In this document: one piece after another, positions 1 through 9,675 of the stretch | Layout of the letters: each line of letters begins with the position of its first letter | How positions within the stretch are numbered: position 1 is the stretch's first letter | Source of the DNA: Candidatus Saccharimonadota bacterium | GTDB lineage: Bacteria; Patescibacteriota; Saccharimonadia; Saccharimonadales; Saccharimonadaceae | DNA length: 32,000 nucleotides | Reading direction: 5' to 3' | NCBI GenBank assembly: GCA_023898645.1 | Contig: CP060232.1 | Location: forward strand, 120,001 to 152,000 | Program-made: the position numbers and the translations under genes | Notes under the pieces: generated by a model | Seen by the model: the letters and a program-made list of their open reading frames with translations, nothing else | Databases searched by the model: none | Told to the model about the DNA's origin: nothing

Positions 1-1
1 G

Positions 2-1441
2 CTGTTTGATTCGATTGCTGCAGGTTTTTGTGTGGTTGAAGTGTTAGAAAACAAACAAGGAAAGGCGTATGATTACCGTTTTCTTGAAGTTAACCCTGCT
101 TACGAGAAAATGGTCGGAGTTTCTAATATGCAAGGCAAAACTTTACAACAGTTAACCCCAGCTGTATCTGATAAATGGGTAGATGTAGCCGCGGGTGTTG
201 CAGTGACAGGCAAAGACAGTCACGTTACCAGTTATTCGAGCTCAGTAGATAAATGGTTTGATGTGCACGTAATGAAGGTAGGAACGGGGAATGATAAAAC
301 GGTAGCTCTTTTGGTTCGGGATGTCACCGAACATAAAAACATCGAGCAAGAGCGAGAAGTATCTATGAAAAAGATTATTAGTACACTTGAATCTATCAGT
401 GATGCGTTTTTTCAGGTAGACGAAGAAGGCAATATCGTGCTAGTGAACGATGAATTTGTTCGCATGTCACGCATATCTAGGAAAAAGGCCCTTAGTAGTA
501 ATATAAAAAACGTGTTTTCTAGCGAAAGCTGGTTCCCGAAAAGGTATGAAATGTTTCAAAAGGTTATGGCGACAGGGCGGTCGGTGCACTATGTTGATTA
601 TTATGAGCGAAGGAAAATATGGGTTGATGTCCGAGCGTACCCTACGGAAGGTGGGGTGTCGTGGTTTATCAAAGATATAACTCAACAAAAAGTTGCTGAA
701 GAAAAACAAATAATGCTGACAAAGCTGTCTTTGGAGCGCGAAGAGCTGATTAAAATTGGTAGAGTTAAAGACGAATTTATCGGAATCGCCTCGCACCAAT
801 TGCGTACTCCAGCCACGGCCGTCAAGCAATATATAGGCATGTTGCTTGCTGGTTTTGGCGGCACTTTGAACGACGACCAAAGACAGTATCTGGAGACGGC
901 ATATGCAAGCAACGAACGCCAGATAAAGCTGATTAACGACTTACTAAAAACGGCACAAATCGATGCGGACACATATTCACTAAGTCGAAGTACACAGCAC
1001 ATTGCACCACTGCTTAAAAGTGCGGTTTTGTCGCACAAGCCTTACCTAGATAATCGACAACAGATTGTTGTCGTGAAGGATCAAAGTGACGGAGCAGAAG
1101 CAGATATCGACCCTATAGAAATAGATCTTGTTTTTGCAAATCTGCTAGAGAATGCCAGTAAATATAGTCCTAAAAAAAGTAAGATTACAGTAGCACTACA
1201 ACGCGAAGCAGACGTTCTTCGTATATCATTCTCAGACGAAGGTATTGGTATTCGCAAAGAAGACCAGGGCAAGATTTTTGACAAATTTACGCGAGTGCAC
1301 AATGAGCATTCCGACGCAGTGAGTGGCACTGGCCTGGGACTTTACTGGGTCAGGCAAATCGTACAAATGCATGGCGGTACGGTGACCGTGTCGTCAAGAT
1401 TACACAAAGGTTCAACCTTTACGGTAACGCTGCCGTTATGA
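2..1441 (+). CDS. Sensor histidine kinase, soluble PAS-PAS-HisKA-HATPase_c type (5' end cut by window edge)
   Basis: The frame is open from nt 2 (LFDSIAAGFCVVE precedes the first Met at 32), so the gene starts upstream of the window. PAS-like N-terminal half. H-box IASHQLRTPATAVKQY; ATPase boxes LENASKYSP, DEGIGI, GTGLGLY. No TM segments. TGA stop at 1439-1441. Confidence 0.85.
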   Translation: MFDSIAAGFCVVEVLENKQGKAYDYRFLEVNPAYEKMVGVSNMQGKTLQQLTPAVSDKWVDVAAGVAVTGKDSHVTSYSSSVDKWFDVHVMKVGTGNDKTVALLVRDVTEHKNIEQEREVSMKKIISTLESISDAFFQVDEEGNIVLVNDEFVRMSRISRKKALSSNIKNVFSSESWFPKRYEMFQKVMATGRSVHYVDYYERRKIWVDVRAYPTEGGVSWFIKDITQQKVAEEKQIMLTKLSLEREELIKIGRVKDEFIGIASHQLRTPATAVKQYIGMLLAGFGGTLNDDQRQYLETAYASNERQIKLINDLLKTAQIDADTYSLSRSTQHIAPLLKSAVLSHKPYLDNRQQIVVVKDQSDGAEADIDPIEIDLVFANLLENASKYSPKKSKITVALQREADVLRISFSDEGIGIRKEDQGKIFDKFTRVHNEHSDAVSGTGLGLYWVRQIVQMHGGTVTVSSRLHKGSTFTVTLPL

Positions 1442-1488
1442 ATCTACCCGTATATCGTGAGCGCCTCGAACCGACAGCGCAAGAGAAT

Positions 1489-1517
1489 TTGACCCAATCT
1501 ATAAACTGTTTTATAAT
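1489..1517 (+). promoter_or_regulatory. Sigma70-like promoter for the second kinase gene
   Basis: TTGACC (1489-1494), 17-nt spacer, TATAAT (1512-1517). The ATG at 1536 lies 18 nt downstream with no obvious SD. Confidence 0.6.
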
Positions 1518-1535
1518 AAGTATAAGTAGTAACTA

Positions 1536-3242
1536 ATGGTGAAGAAGCGAAATTTTAAAAGATCTGTAGCTAATGTATGGTCGCGCGTTAGGTCGCGTTG
1601 GCCAGCTTTATCGTACAGTGCTTTACCACTTATAGTGCTGGCTGGTTTTTCAATTACAGGCGTGGTGGGGTACGTTTATGTCTCCGCTAACTTAAATCAA
1701 TCACGCACACTTTCAACTCGTCAGCAGTTTAAAGATAATTTCCAACGCATTTCGATAGAACTCGACGCATACGCAAATTTGCTTAGAGGTGGTGCGGCCG
1801 AGATGCAGGGGGGAAGTGGCACTGAAGGTGCGTGGAGTGATTTCATCGCAGTTTACAAACTAAGAAAGAATTTTCCGGCTCTCGAAGCAATTGCCGTATC
1901 TAAAGGGACGGCGCTTCAGGAAACGACGTATGCGTATATAACGCCGCTGACGGTGTATACAAAACAGTTAATCGGTGTGAATCCTGCTCAAAATCCTACC
2001 GTAAAAACCGCTATGGAGGAATCTTTACAGACAGACAGCACCACATTGGCGGGACCAATACACAATGTGCTTACAACAAAAAACATAAAAGGTGTCCCTG
2101 CTGGAGTAAATGGATTTTATTTGGTTAAACCCTACTATAACAATGAGATGCCTCATGATACGTATGAGCAGCGCAGTAATGCATTACGAGGCTTTACCAT
2201 TGCTATGTTCCGAGGCGATGTATTTTTTAATGAGATTTACAAAAATATCGATCTAAATAACAAGGGACTTGCAGTATACCTGGACGATCCCGTACCGGAA
2301 AATCTCATGTACGATTCGGATCGTACTAGTGAAGCAAGTAAAACTACTAACGAGCAGAGGATTACACTGTACGGTCGAACAATCACCATTGTGTATACGC
2401 AAGATACATCAAAAATTGTGCCGTTTTCGGAAACATACTTGCCGGAGTACCTGTTGTTTATCGGGTTAAGTCTCGGCGTTTTCGTAAGTCTATTGTCTGG
2501 CTATATGCTTAGAAATCGTTATCGCATGCTCATGACACAAAAGGAGAGGGATGTTAATTTTGCCAAAGACGAATTGTTGTCATTGGCATCGCACCAGCTT
2601 CGGACACCGGCAACGGGCGTGAAGCAATATCTGGGTATGGTTCTGCAAGGCTTTTCCGGTGACATCAGTGAGCAGCAGCGAAAATACCTAGAGCAGGCGT
2701 ATAGAAGCAATAACCGTCAACTGCACATCATTAACGATATTTTACACTTGGCTAAGCTAGAGTCCGGACGAATTGTACTCGCGGAGCACAAATTTGATTT
2801 TGCCATCATGATACGGGAGGTGGTAGATGAGCAACAAAGTGATGCTGATAACGGCGGTATTTCATTGAAATTGACAGCACCATCCAAAGGTCTGATGATC
2901 GGCGATAGTCACATGTTACGCATGGTAGTCGAGAACCTCGTAAGTAATGGAATAAAATACACGCCGTCCGGAGGAGTTGTGTCGATACGGCTGGTGCGAC
3001 GAGGAGCACATTGGGTGTTGATGGTGAAAGATACGGGCGTTGGTATAGCCAAAAATGATCTGAAAAAGTTATTTAAGCAGTTTAGCCGCATAGTGAACCC
3101 GCGAAGTGATTTCGTGACTGGTACTGGCATAGGTTTATATCTGGCGCATCATCTGGTTGTCCTTCATGGTGGTACGATTAGCGTGTCGTCCGACGAGGGT
3201 AAGGGTTCTACGTTTGTTGTTCGTCTTCCTCGTAAGATGTGA
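1536..3242 (+). CDS. Membrane sensor histidine kinase with a large extracytoplasmic (CHASE-like) domain
   Basis: Two hydrophobic segments (about aa 30-52 and 300-325) bracket a ~250-aa domain. H-box LASHQLRTPATGVKQY; VSNGIKYTP, DTGVGI, GTGIGLY. The HisKA region is clearly paralogous to the upstream kinase. Confidence 0.85.
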   Translation: MVKKRNFKRSVANVWSRVRSRWPALSYSALPLIVLAGFSITGVVGYVYVSANLNQSRTLSTRQQFKDNFQRISIELDAYANLLRGGAAEMQGGSGTEGAWSDFIAVYKLRKNFPALEAIAVSKGTALQETTYAYITPLTVYTKQLIGVNPAQNPTVKTAMEESLQTDSTTLAGPIHNVLTTKNIKGVPAGVNGFYLVKPYYNNEMPHDTYEQRSNALRGFTIAMFRGDVFFNEIYKNIDLNNKGLAVYLDDPVPENLMYDSDRTSEASKTTNEQRITLYGRTITIVYTQDTSKIVPFSETYLPEYLLFIGLSLGVFVSLLSGYMLRNRYRMLMTQKERDVNFAKDELLSLASHQLRTPATGVKQYLGMVLQGFSGDISEQQRKYLEQAYRSNNRQLHIINDILHLAKLESGRIVLAEHKFDFAIMIREVVDEQQSDADNGGISLKLTAPSKGLMIGDSHMLRMVVENLVSNGIKYTPSGGVVSIRLVRRGAHWVLMVKDTGVGIAKNDLKKLFKQFSRIVNPRSDFVTGTGIGLYLAHHLVVLHGGTISVSSDEGKGSTFVVRLPRKM

Positions 3243-3299
3243 GAATTTATATCATTGAAGGTAACGAATGCGGTATACTGGAATATAGTGGAGAAATAA

Positions 3300-3683
3300 A
3301 TGACGAGTACAAATGACACACGATCGATCTTAGTTGTAGAGGATGAACCCGAACTAGCGGAAATTTACCGAGTACTATTGGCGCAAGCCGGGTACGACGT
3401 CACCGTTATGCATAATGGCAAAGACGCACTGAAATATACGTCTGAAAAATCACCTGATTTGATTTTGCTAGACCTTCGAATGCCAATTATGGACGGAGTC
3501 GAGTTTTTGAAGAAGTACGAATTGAAGGATAAGCACCCTAAAGTAAAGGTGGTGGTGTTTAGTAATTATGATATGCAAGACGAAATTGACGATGCATACC
3601 GATTAGGCGCAGAGCGATACGTGCTCAAGGCTTGGGCGTCACCCAAGGAATTACTTCAGATCGTCAAAGACAGCATTGGCTAG
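3300..3683 (+). CDS. Stand-alone receiver (CheY-like) response regulator with no output domain
   Basis: 127 aa: ILVVEDEP acidic pocket, LILLDLRMPIMDG phospho-acceptor Asp, VVVFSN, YVLKA lysine. GGAG lies upstream of the ATG. Confidence 0.9.
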   Translation: MTSTNDTRSILVVEDEPELAEIYRVLLAQAGYDVTVMHNGKDALKYTSEKSPDLILLDLRMPIMDGVEFLKKYELKDKHPKVKVVVFSNYDMQDEIDDAYRLGAERYVLKAWASPKELLQIVKDSIG

Positions 3684-3687
3684 ATAT

Positions 3688-3720
3688 AAAAACACCTTTC
3701 GTACGCGAAGGTGTTTTTGT
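3688..3720. terminator. Bidirectional rho-independent terminator between convergent genes
   Basis: aacacctt (3691-3698) pairs with aaggtgtt (3708-3715). It is flanked by an A-run upstream and a T-run downstream. Confidence 0.8.
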
Positions 3721-3731
3721 TTATGCATTCA

Positions 3732-4400
3732 CTAACTCTGTAGTCGTAGTCCGCGGAAGCTTTCATCGCCTAGTCGGCGCTCTAGTTCTGCGCGGTTAAT
3801 GGTATAGCCCTTGCTGTCATAATCAATAATCTTTTTGCGTTTAAGACGACCCAGCTCTACTGTGGTTGTTTCTCGGGTGAGCCCCATTAGGCTACCGAGA
3901 GTCGTGTGAGTTAGCCGTAGGTTGACGCGATAGACGCCTGGCGCTGTCTGCTTGCCATAACGGAACATTAGGTAGTACATCATCAAAAGTAGCTTTTCTG
4001 CAGCGCGTGACTGCTCTAAAGCGGTCACCTGCATAATCAGGCCCGTATAACCAGTCGCGAAATAATCGAACATGTATTGTTTTACCTCGGGATTTTTTTC
4101 CATGAGGTCGAGCAACACGGGTTTTTCAACAGTGAGTACTTCGGAATCTTCCATGGCTTCATAGTAAAAAAGCGTGCTTGAGGTTTTGCCGAATAGCCAC
4201 GACGCAGGAAATACATCACCCTTGGTTCGGAAACCGGCGATTTGTTCCTCGCCAAAGTTACCAAGGCGATACACTTTGAAGACTCCAGAGAGTACGATAT
4301 AGACCTGCCTAGGAACCTCGCCCTGATAAATCAAAATAGAACGTTTCTTTACGGCACGTCTTGTCGATTGGGTTGGAAGAAGGTCTGCTATACTTTCCAC
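3732..4400 (-). CDS. Crp/Fnr-family transcriptional regulator (cNMP-binding domain + C-terminal HTH)
   Basis: 222 aa. Beta-roll region (ILIYQGEVPRQVYIVLSGVFKVYR...), then an HTH (LTHTTLGSLMGLTRETTTVELGRLKRKKII). Confidence 0.8.
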   Translation of the reverse strand: MESIADLLPTQSTRRAVKKRSILIYQGEVPRQVYIVLSGVFKVYRLGNFGEEQIAGFRTKGDVFPASWLFGKTSSTLFYYEAMEDSEVLTVEKPVLLDLMEKNPEVKQYMFDYFATGYTGLIMQVTALEQSRAAEKLLLMMYYLMFRYGKQTAPGVYRVNLRLTHTTLGSLMGLTRETTTVELGRLKRKKIIDYDSKGYTINRAELERRLGDESFRGLRLQS

Positions 4401-4540
4401 ACTCTTATACTACCACTTTCAGCGGCTCCTGAATATTGCAGTTGCAAAAGAGTAAGATAAATTACAGCTTCATATTCACTGAAAATGTACGATAGTACGT
4501 AGCCTGACGTGAGTCAGTGGAGAATTTAGAAGGAGACGCG

Positions 4541-4768
4541 ATGCGAGCAAATGCAGACCATGACACTGTCGATGATAAGATCCACCATTTTATGGCACGG
4601 AAATCTCCACTCAGGACGCTAAGTAAGATGGTTGCCGATCGCCTGGCAGTGGCTCCGATGAGCGCTGGACGTAGCGATGACGGTATGACATACGAAGTGG
4701 CAGAGTGGCATCAAAAACGGTCATCATATCCATTACGAAAAGTAATGCTGAAAGTAAAGACGCTCTAA
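4541..4768 (+). CDS. Small hypothetical protein (75 aa)
   Basis: I prefer the ATG at 4541 because AGGAG (4531-4535) lies 5 nt upstream. The tracked GTG at 4517 has no SD. The ORF ends inside a terminator hairpin. No recognisable domain. Confidence 0.5.
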   Translation: MRANADHDTVDDKIHHFMARKSPLRTLSKMVADRLAVAPMSAGRSDDGMTYEVAEWHQKRSSYPLRKVMLKVKTL

Positions 4769-4780
4769 GGGGCGTCTTTT
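4756..4780. terminator. Bidirectional terminator shared by the small ORF and the phoU-like gene
   Basis: aaagacgc (4756-4763) pairs with gcgtcttt (4772-4779), followed by a T-run. The loop contains the TAA stop. Confidence 0.7.
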
Positions 4781-4794
4781 ACACATGTACGATT

Positions 4795-5757
4795 TTAATC
4801 ATTTTGGCGAACGCTTACCAGGTAGTCAATCATGCGTTCGGCAATATTCATGACATACCCTCGTAGCCGATCAAGACTGTCTTCGACGATGGCTCCTTCG
4901 TATGACTGTTTCATTCTCTTTGAACTGAAAATAAGTTGTTCAAGCTCATGATCTTTATCTAGGATTGCATGCGCTTTGTCTATGTCAAAGTGGAGAAGCA
5001 TCGTTTCGGTATCTTGCAGTAATTGCTCCGCACCTTTTTTGATGGAAGAAAAACTATGAGACAACTGTACGGGCTCGGTTCGGTCGTTTCCTGCTAGCTC
5101 GGCAATTTTGACGGCGTGGTCGCCAATACGTTCGATTTGTCCGGCGATGCTGCGATAAAAATCGGCTTTGGCAACGTCGTTATCGATCTTGCCGCCGAGA
5201 ACTTGTTGGAAGTGACGTTTGATAGCATAGACAATTTTGTTAACTTCGTGGTCGCGTTGTATGATGTCGGTCGCTAATTCTTTGTCGCCGTCTTGCGCAG
5301 CAACTAAAGCGTCCTCGAACATGCTACGTACCATCTGAAAGACGCCAATTGTGTTTTCAGGAATCGAAAATGACATTTCGTTGAGCAGAGTGCGAGCAAC
5401 GATAGTGTCAGATGTTTCTCGTACGATTTCAAACCCGAAAAATAAACGAATTGTCTGTCTGATGATTTGATTTTGTTCGGAAGTAATACGTTTGCTGGCT
5501 AGCTCAATACGGTCGGCGCCGGCTATATACGAACCAATCATTTCTCGTTCAATCCAACTACTGCTCTTGCCGTCGAGATCGAAGCGATAAATCAAATCAC
5601 GCTTGGTTCTTGATGCCGGCTGTATGGTTAATCCGCCTTTAGTCTCGTTAACAAACACCTCGTCTTTGCTACGGAGCGCCCATCGGTCTACCCAGGATTT
5701 AGGTAGTGTTAGCGTCAAGCTGCTTCCACCAGTTGCCTGTAATTTTCGTTTCTTCAT
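4795..5757 (-). CDS. phoU: PhoU-family phosphate regulator with an N-terminal AbrB/SpoVT-type DNA-binding domain
   Basis: N-terminus GGSSLTLTLPKSWVDRWALRSKDEVFVNETKGGLTIQP is a swapped-hairpin AbrB-like motif. Two PhoU repeats follow (IQRDHEVNKIVYAIKRHF; ERIGDHAVKIAE). Divergent from pstS. Confidence 0.8.
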   Translation of the reverse strand: MKKRKLQATGGSSLTLTLPKSWVDRWALRSKDEVFVNETKGGLTIQPASRTKRDLIYRFDLDGKSSSWIEREMIGSYIAGADRIELASKRITSEQNQIIRQTIRLFFGFEIVRETSDTIVARTLLNEMSFSIPENTIGVFQMVRSMFEDALVAAQDGDKELATDIIQRDHEVNKIVYAIKRHFQQVLGGKIDNDVAKADFYRSIAGQIERIGDHAVKIAELAGNDRTEPVQLSHSFSSIKKGAEQLLQDTETMLLHFDIDKAHAILDKDHELEQLIFSSKRMKQSYEGAIVEDSLDRLRGYVMNIAERMIDYLVSVRQND

Positions 5758-5829
5758 AATTTATATATATATCAAACTGTTAATTAATGCTACTTATTTG
5801 TAATTTTTACAGCGGTAGATAAAAAAGCG

Positions 5830-5856
5830 TTGACAGCAAGACGACGGCGATATAAT
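5830..5856 (+). promoter_or_regulatory. Candidate pstS promoter
   Basis: TTGACA (5830-5835), short 15-nt spacer, TATAAT (5851-5856). An AT-rich leader follows with ATTTGTA/TTACA repeats. AGGAGGG RBS at 5898-5904. Confidence 0.45.
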
Positions 5857-5907
5857 TTGTATATATAAATTACATTTAATATATATTTTTCATATATAGG
5901 AGGGTGC

Positions 5908-7017
5908 ATGAGTAAAAACACGGGGATGATTTCTGGCGTTATCGCGGTAATCGTAGTAGCGGCTGGGTTACTAGTTTTGACGAACAATAAATCAGACACA
6001 GACACAAACAAGAGCAACACGGCAGTAACCGTAACGGGCGCTGGTTCTACGTTTGCCGCTCCGGTTTATGGCCAGCTAGGCAAGGAATACAAAGACAAGA
6101 AAAACGTTACTATCAACTATCAGTCGGTCGGTTCTGGTGCTGGTGTAGCGCAATTTATCGCGAACACGGTGAATTTCGGTGGCACTGATGTTGCTCTGAA
6201 AGATTCAGAAGTGAGTCAAGCAAAAGTACACGGTGACCCGCTTAATATACCAGTATCGTTTGGTGCAATTACCGTGTCTTATAACTTGCCGGGCGTGAAA
6301 AGTGGTCTGAAACTCGATGGCTCGACAGTTGCCGACATATACATGGGTAAGATTACTAAGTGGAACGATTCTGCGATAACTACGTTAAATCCAGGCGTAT
6401 CTCTACCTGACATGGCAATATCGCCAGTATATCGTTCAGATTCATCAGGTACTACGGCACAACTTACTACATTCCTCGCTGACGAGAGTTCTGATTGGAG
6501 CTCACAGATTGGTAGCGACAAAACAGTCAAGTGGCCGGCAGGTACTGGTTCGAAAGGTAATGACGGCGTTGCCGCTACGACGAGCCAAACAGTTGGAGCG
6601 CTTGGTTACGTCGAACTGGCATACGCATTGCAAAATAATTTCACCGTTGCTTCGGTCAAAAATAAAATGGGCGAATATGTTGCTCCGTCGCTCGATACTA
6701 CGTCGAAAGCTGGCGATAACTTACCGAATCTACCCGAAGATTTACGATTCACTTCGATTGATTCACCGGCTGAAGGTGCGTATCCGATTGCATCTCCAAC
6801 ATTCATCGTTACGTATCAGGATGTCTGCAAGGCTGGAGCTGTTAAAAACGCGAACGAGGCTGGGGCTTTGAAAGGCTGGCTGGGTTACATACTGGGCGAA
6901 GGCCAGGTAAGTATGAAAAAGTTAGAGTACGCGCCACTAGCACCAAGCTTGCTAAAAAAAGCTCAAGCAAAGGTTGATAGTATGACATGCAACGGTTCTG
7001 CGATTCAGGCAAGGTAG
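5908..7017 (+). CDS. pstS: Phosphate ABC transporter substrate-binding protein PstS
   Basis: TGAGSTFAAPVY and SGAG motifs are typical of PstS. N-terminal hydrophobic anchor with no lipobox Cys. First gene of pstSCAB. Confidence 0.9.
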   Translation: MSKNTGMISGVIAVIVVAAGLLVLTNNKSDTDTNKSNTAVTVTGAGSTFAAPVYGQLGKEYKDKKNVTINYQSVGSGAGVAQFIANTVNFGGTDVALKDSEVSQAKVHGDPLNIPVSFGAITVSYNLPGVKSGLKLDGSTVADIYMGKITKWNDSAITTLNPGVSLPDMAISPVYRSDSSGTTAQLTTFLADESSDWSSQIGSDKTVKWPAGTGSKGNDGVAATTSQTVGALGYVELAYALQNNFTVASVKNKMGEYVAPSLDTTSKAGDNLPNLPEDLRFTSIDSPAEGAYPIASPTFIVTYQDVCKAGAVKNANEAGALKGWLGYILGEGQVSMKKLEYAPLAPSLLKKAQAKVDSMTCNGSAIQAR

Positions 7018-7023
7018 CAGAAC

Positions 7024-8019
7024 GTGCCGGTTACCGAGTCAGTGTTTGTCGAACTTCGAACCCGTGTCGCATATGCGACACGGGTTTGGAGCGGCGATAT
7101 GTTAATTCGCCGTGCTTTGCAATTTGTGGCTGTGGCCATCTTGGTTGTAATCGGTTATTTTTTTGTCCAGTTGATAGCCGCGTCATTGCCCGTGTTTGCC
7201 AAGATGAGTGTCGTAGGGTTCGTCTTTGAAAATAACTGGGATGTAGCACACGCGGTGTTCGGCGCCCTGCCACTTGTTGTCGGAACGGTAATTACGTCGG
7301 CTATTGCGCTAGTTATAGGCGTTCCTGTTGCAGTTGCGGCAGCACTCTTTATCACCGAGTTAGCTCCGGTGCGGATGCGAGGCGTGCTGGCGCTGCTACT
7401 CGACTTGCTGGCTGCCATTCCGTCGGTTATTTACGGTTTATGGGGAGTTTTTATTTTGATTCCCACGTTAAAGCCGGCAGAAGAATGGGTGGCGGCAACA
7501 TTCCACTACGTGCCGTTTATAGGCGGAACGGTCATTGGTCCGAATTATTTCGTTGCAGGTTTGATACTCGCGATTATGATCGTACCAATTGTATCTGCGA
7601 TTTCACGTGAGGTATTAGCGACAGTGCCGTTAGCAGAAAAGGAAGCCGCTCTGGCACTTGGCGCCACTCGATGGGAGATGATTCAGCTAGCCGTACTGCC
7701 GCATGCAAGGCCTGGTATTGTCAGTGCTTCGATGCTTGGATTGGGCCGTGCGATTGGTGAAACAATCGCCGTCACCTTAGTCATCGGCAACGCTGCAGTC
7801 ATAGGAGGCAGTCTGTTTTCTCAGGGATATACTTTGGCTGCTGTGATTGCTAATGAATTTGGCGAGGCGGGTGTAGGCACCATACACGCGTCAGCATTGA
7901 TTGCTGCTGGGCTGATATTGTTTGTCATGACGCTCGTTATAAATGGCGTTGCGCGAGCCGTGGTGTTGCAACGTACACAAAAACACAGTGGCTCCATAGC
8001 AGACAGGGTGGTGGCATGA
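7024..8019 (+). CDS. pstC: Phosphate ABC transporter permease PstC
   Basis: Multi-TM protein with the EAA loop [16 protein letters not shown]. The GTG start at 7024 is uncertain; an in-frame ATG at 7099 is an alternative. Confidence 0.85.
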   Translation: MPVTESVFVELRTRVAYATRVWSGDMLIRRALQFVAVAILVVIGYFFVQLIAASLPVFAKMSVVGFVFENNWDVAHAVFGALPLVVGTVITSAIALVIGVPVAVAAALFITELAPVRMRGVLALLLDLLAAIPSVIYGLWGVFILIPTLKPAEEWVAATFHYVPFIGGTVIGPNYFVAGLILAIMIVPIVSAISREVLATVPLAEKEAALALGATRWEMIQLAVLPHARPGIVSASMLGLGRAIGETIAVTLVIGNAAVIGGSLFSQGYTLAAVIANEFGEAGVGTIHASALIAAGLILFVMTLVINGVARAVVLQRTQKHSGSIADRVVA

Positions 8020-8876
8020 GCGTACTAGGAGTTGTGTCGGCTAGGCGACGTTGGACAAGTCGGATTCTGCACGGTGTGCTCATGACTGGTTTGATAGTAG
8101 CACTTACGCCGCTTGTTTTGGTGTTGGCATACGTTCTTGCGCGTGGATTGCCAGCGTTGAATCTGGAATTTTTTACGACTGATCCGACCGGTGCGTTTTT
8201 TGGCGACCAAGGAGGTATCCGCAGTGCGATAGTGGGTACACTTGAAATCGTTGGGCTGGCGATGTTGGTTTCCGTGCCAATTGGCATTGCGTTAGCTGTA
8301 TATTTGAATGAAATTGGACGTCAGTCACGGATGGCTGTTGCTGTCCGATATTGCATCGACGTTATGACTGGTGTGCCGTCGATTGTTTTTGGTCTATTTA
8401 TCTATACGGTTTTTGTTGTTGGCGGCATGGCTGCTGGCTTTGCCGCATGGAAAGGTGCCGTTGCACTCAGTCTGCTCATGCTGCCCATCGTAACGCGAGC
8501 GGGTGAGGTAAGTCTGGCGATGGTGCCAGATACGCTTCGCGAGGCGGCGCTGGCACTTGGTGCACCACGTTGGAAAGTTATTGGATATGTCGTGTTGCCA
8601 TCTGCATTGCCTGGCATGATGACAGGCGGCTTATTGGCAATCGCGCGAGCGGCTGGCGAAACAGCTCCGCTATTATTTACCGTACTTGGCGCACAGGTGA
8701 CGACGTTTGCTCTAGACCAGCAAATGAATGCATTGCCGCTACAGATATTTAACGATGTACGTCAACCAAGTAGCGCACTCGTGACTAGAGCGTGGGGTGG
8801 GGCGTTGACGCTTATATTATTGATTTTACTCGTAACGATAATTGCGCGCCTTAGCGCCAGGAGGATACGTTTATGA
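8016..8876 (+). CDS. pstA: Phosphate ABC transporter permease PstA
   Basis: ATGA overlap with pstC. EAA loop [15 protein letters not shown]. Six predicted TM segments. Confidence 0.9.
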   Translation: MSVLGVVSARRRWTSRILHGVLMTGLIVALTPLVLVLAYVLARGLPALNLEFFTTDPTGAFFGDQGGIRSAIVGTLEIVGLAMLVSVPIGIALAVYLNEIGRQSRMAVAVRYCIDVMTGVPSIVFGLFIYTVFVVGGMAAGFAAWKGAVALSLLMLPIVTRAGEVSLAMVPDTLREAALALGAPRWKVIGYVVLPSALPGMMTGGLLAIARAAGETAPLLFTVLGAQVTTFALDQQMNALPLQIFNDVRQPSSALVTRAWGGALTLILLILLVTIIARLSARRIRL

Positions 8877-9658
8877 TGACGAAAAAAAGTACGAATCAAG
8901 TAAAGGGTTTGGCGATGGGTGTTCATAATCTTCAGGCTTACTATGGTAATGCGGAGGCTGTTAAGAGTGTGTCGGTCGACTTTTTGCCAAATCAGATTAC
9001 TGCGTTAATCGGGCCTTCGGGTTGCGGCAAGTCGACGCTTGTACGTTGTCTGAATAGGATGCACGAGGAGATTCCCGGTACGTTCGTAAAAGGCAGGGTT
9101 CTACTTGACGGTCAAGATATTTACGACGATAGGATTGATCCGGTTGCGGTGCGACGGACGGTCGGCATGGTTTTTCAAAAGCCGAACCCGTTTCCGACAA
9201 TGTCGATTATCGAGAATGTTATGGCTGGGCCGCGCTTGTCTGGCGGTAATTCAGAAGATCTACGTAATCGGGCAGAGCGAGCATTAAAAGACGCTGGTTT
9301 GTGGGAAGAGGTTAAGCATAAATTGAACCGCCCAGCATCTGGCTTGTCTGGCGGTCAACAGCAACGTTTGTGTATTGCTCGCGCAATTGCACTTGAGCCA
9401 GAAGTGCTGCTGATGGATGAGCCATGTTCGGCGCTTGACCCAGTGTCAACGCGGCGTGTCGAAGAATTAATCATGAAGCTCAAAAATCGTTTCACGGTTG
9501 TGTTGGTGACGCACAATTTACAGCAGGCAGTGAGGGTAGCAGATCGGACGGCGTTTATGTTAGACGGTGAACTTATAGAAATTGCGCCTACTAAAAAACT
9601 TTTCGAAAAACCCAAAGATTACCGTACAAAGGAGTATGTGACCGGACGTTTCGGCTGA
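8873..9658 (+). CDS. pstB: Phosphate ABC transporter ATP-binding protein PstB
   Basis: Walker [10 protein letters not shown], signature LSGGQQQRL, Walker B LLMDEP, H-loop VTHN. 4-nt overlap with pstA. Confidence 0.95.
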   Translation: MMTKKSTNQVKGLAMGVHNLQAYYGNAEAVKSVSVDFLPNQITALIGPSGCGKSTLVRCLNRMHEEIPGTFVKGRVLLDGQDIYDDRIDPVAVRRTVGMVFQKPNPFPTMSIIENVMAGPRLSGGNSEDLRNRAERALKDAGLWEEVKHKLNRPASGLSGGQQQRLCIARAIALEPEVLLMDEPCSALDPVSTRRVEELIMKLKNRFTVVLVTHNLQQAVRVADRTAFMLDGELIEIAPTKKLFEKPKDYRTKEYVTGRFG

Positions 9659-9675
9659 TAAAATTCAATTCATAC

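Noticed and set aside
5790-6020. 76-aa minus-strand ORF across the pstS promoter and start. A similar 91-aa ORF lies at 24616-24891.
   Set aside because: Both overlap promoter/RBS regions and the 5' ends of better-supported genes on the other strand. Their AT-rich, low-complexity translations are not credible.
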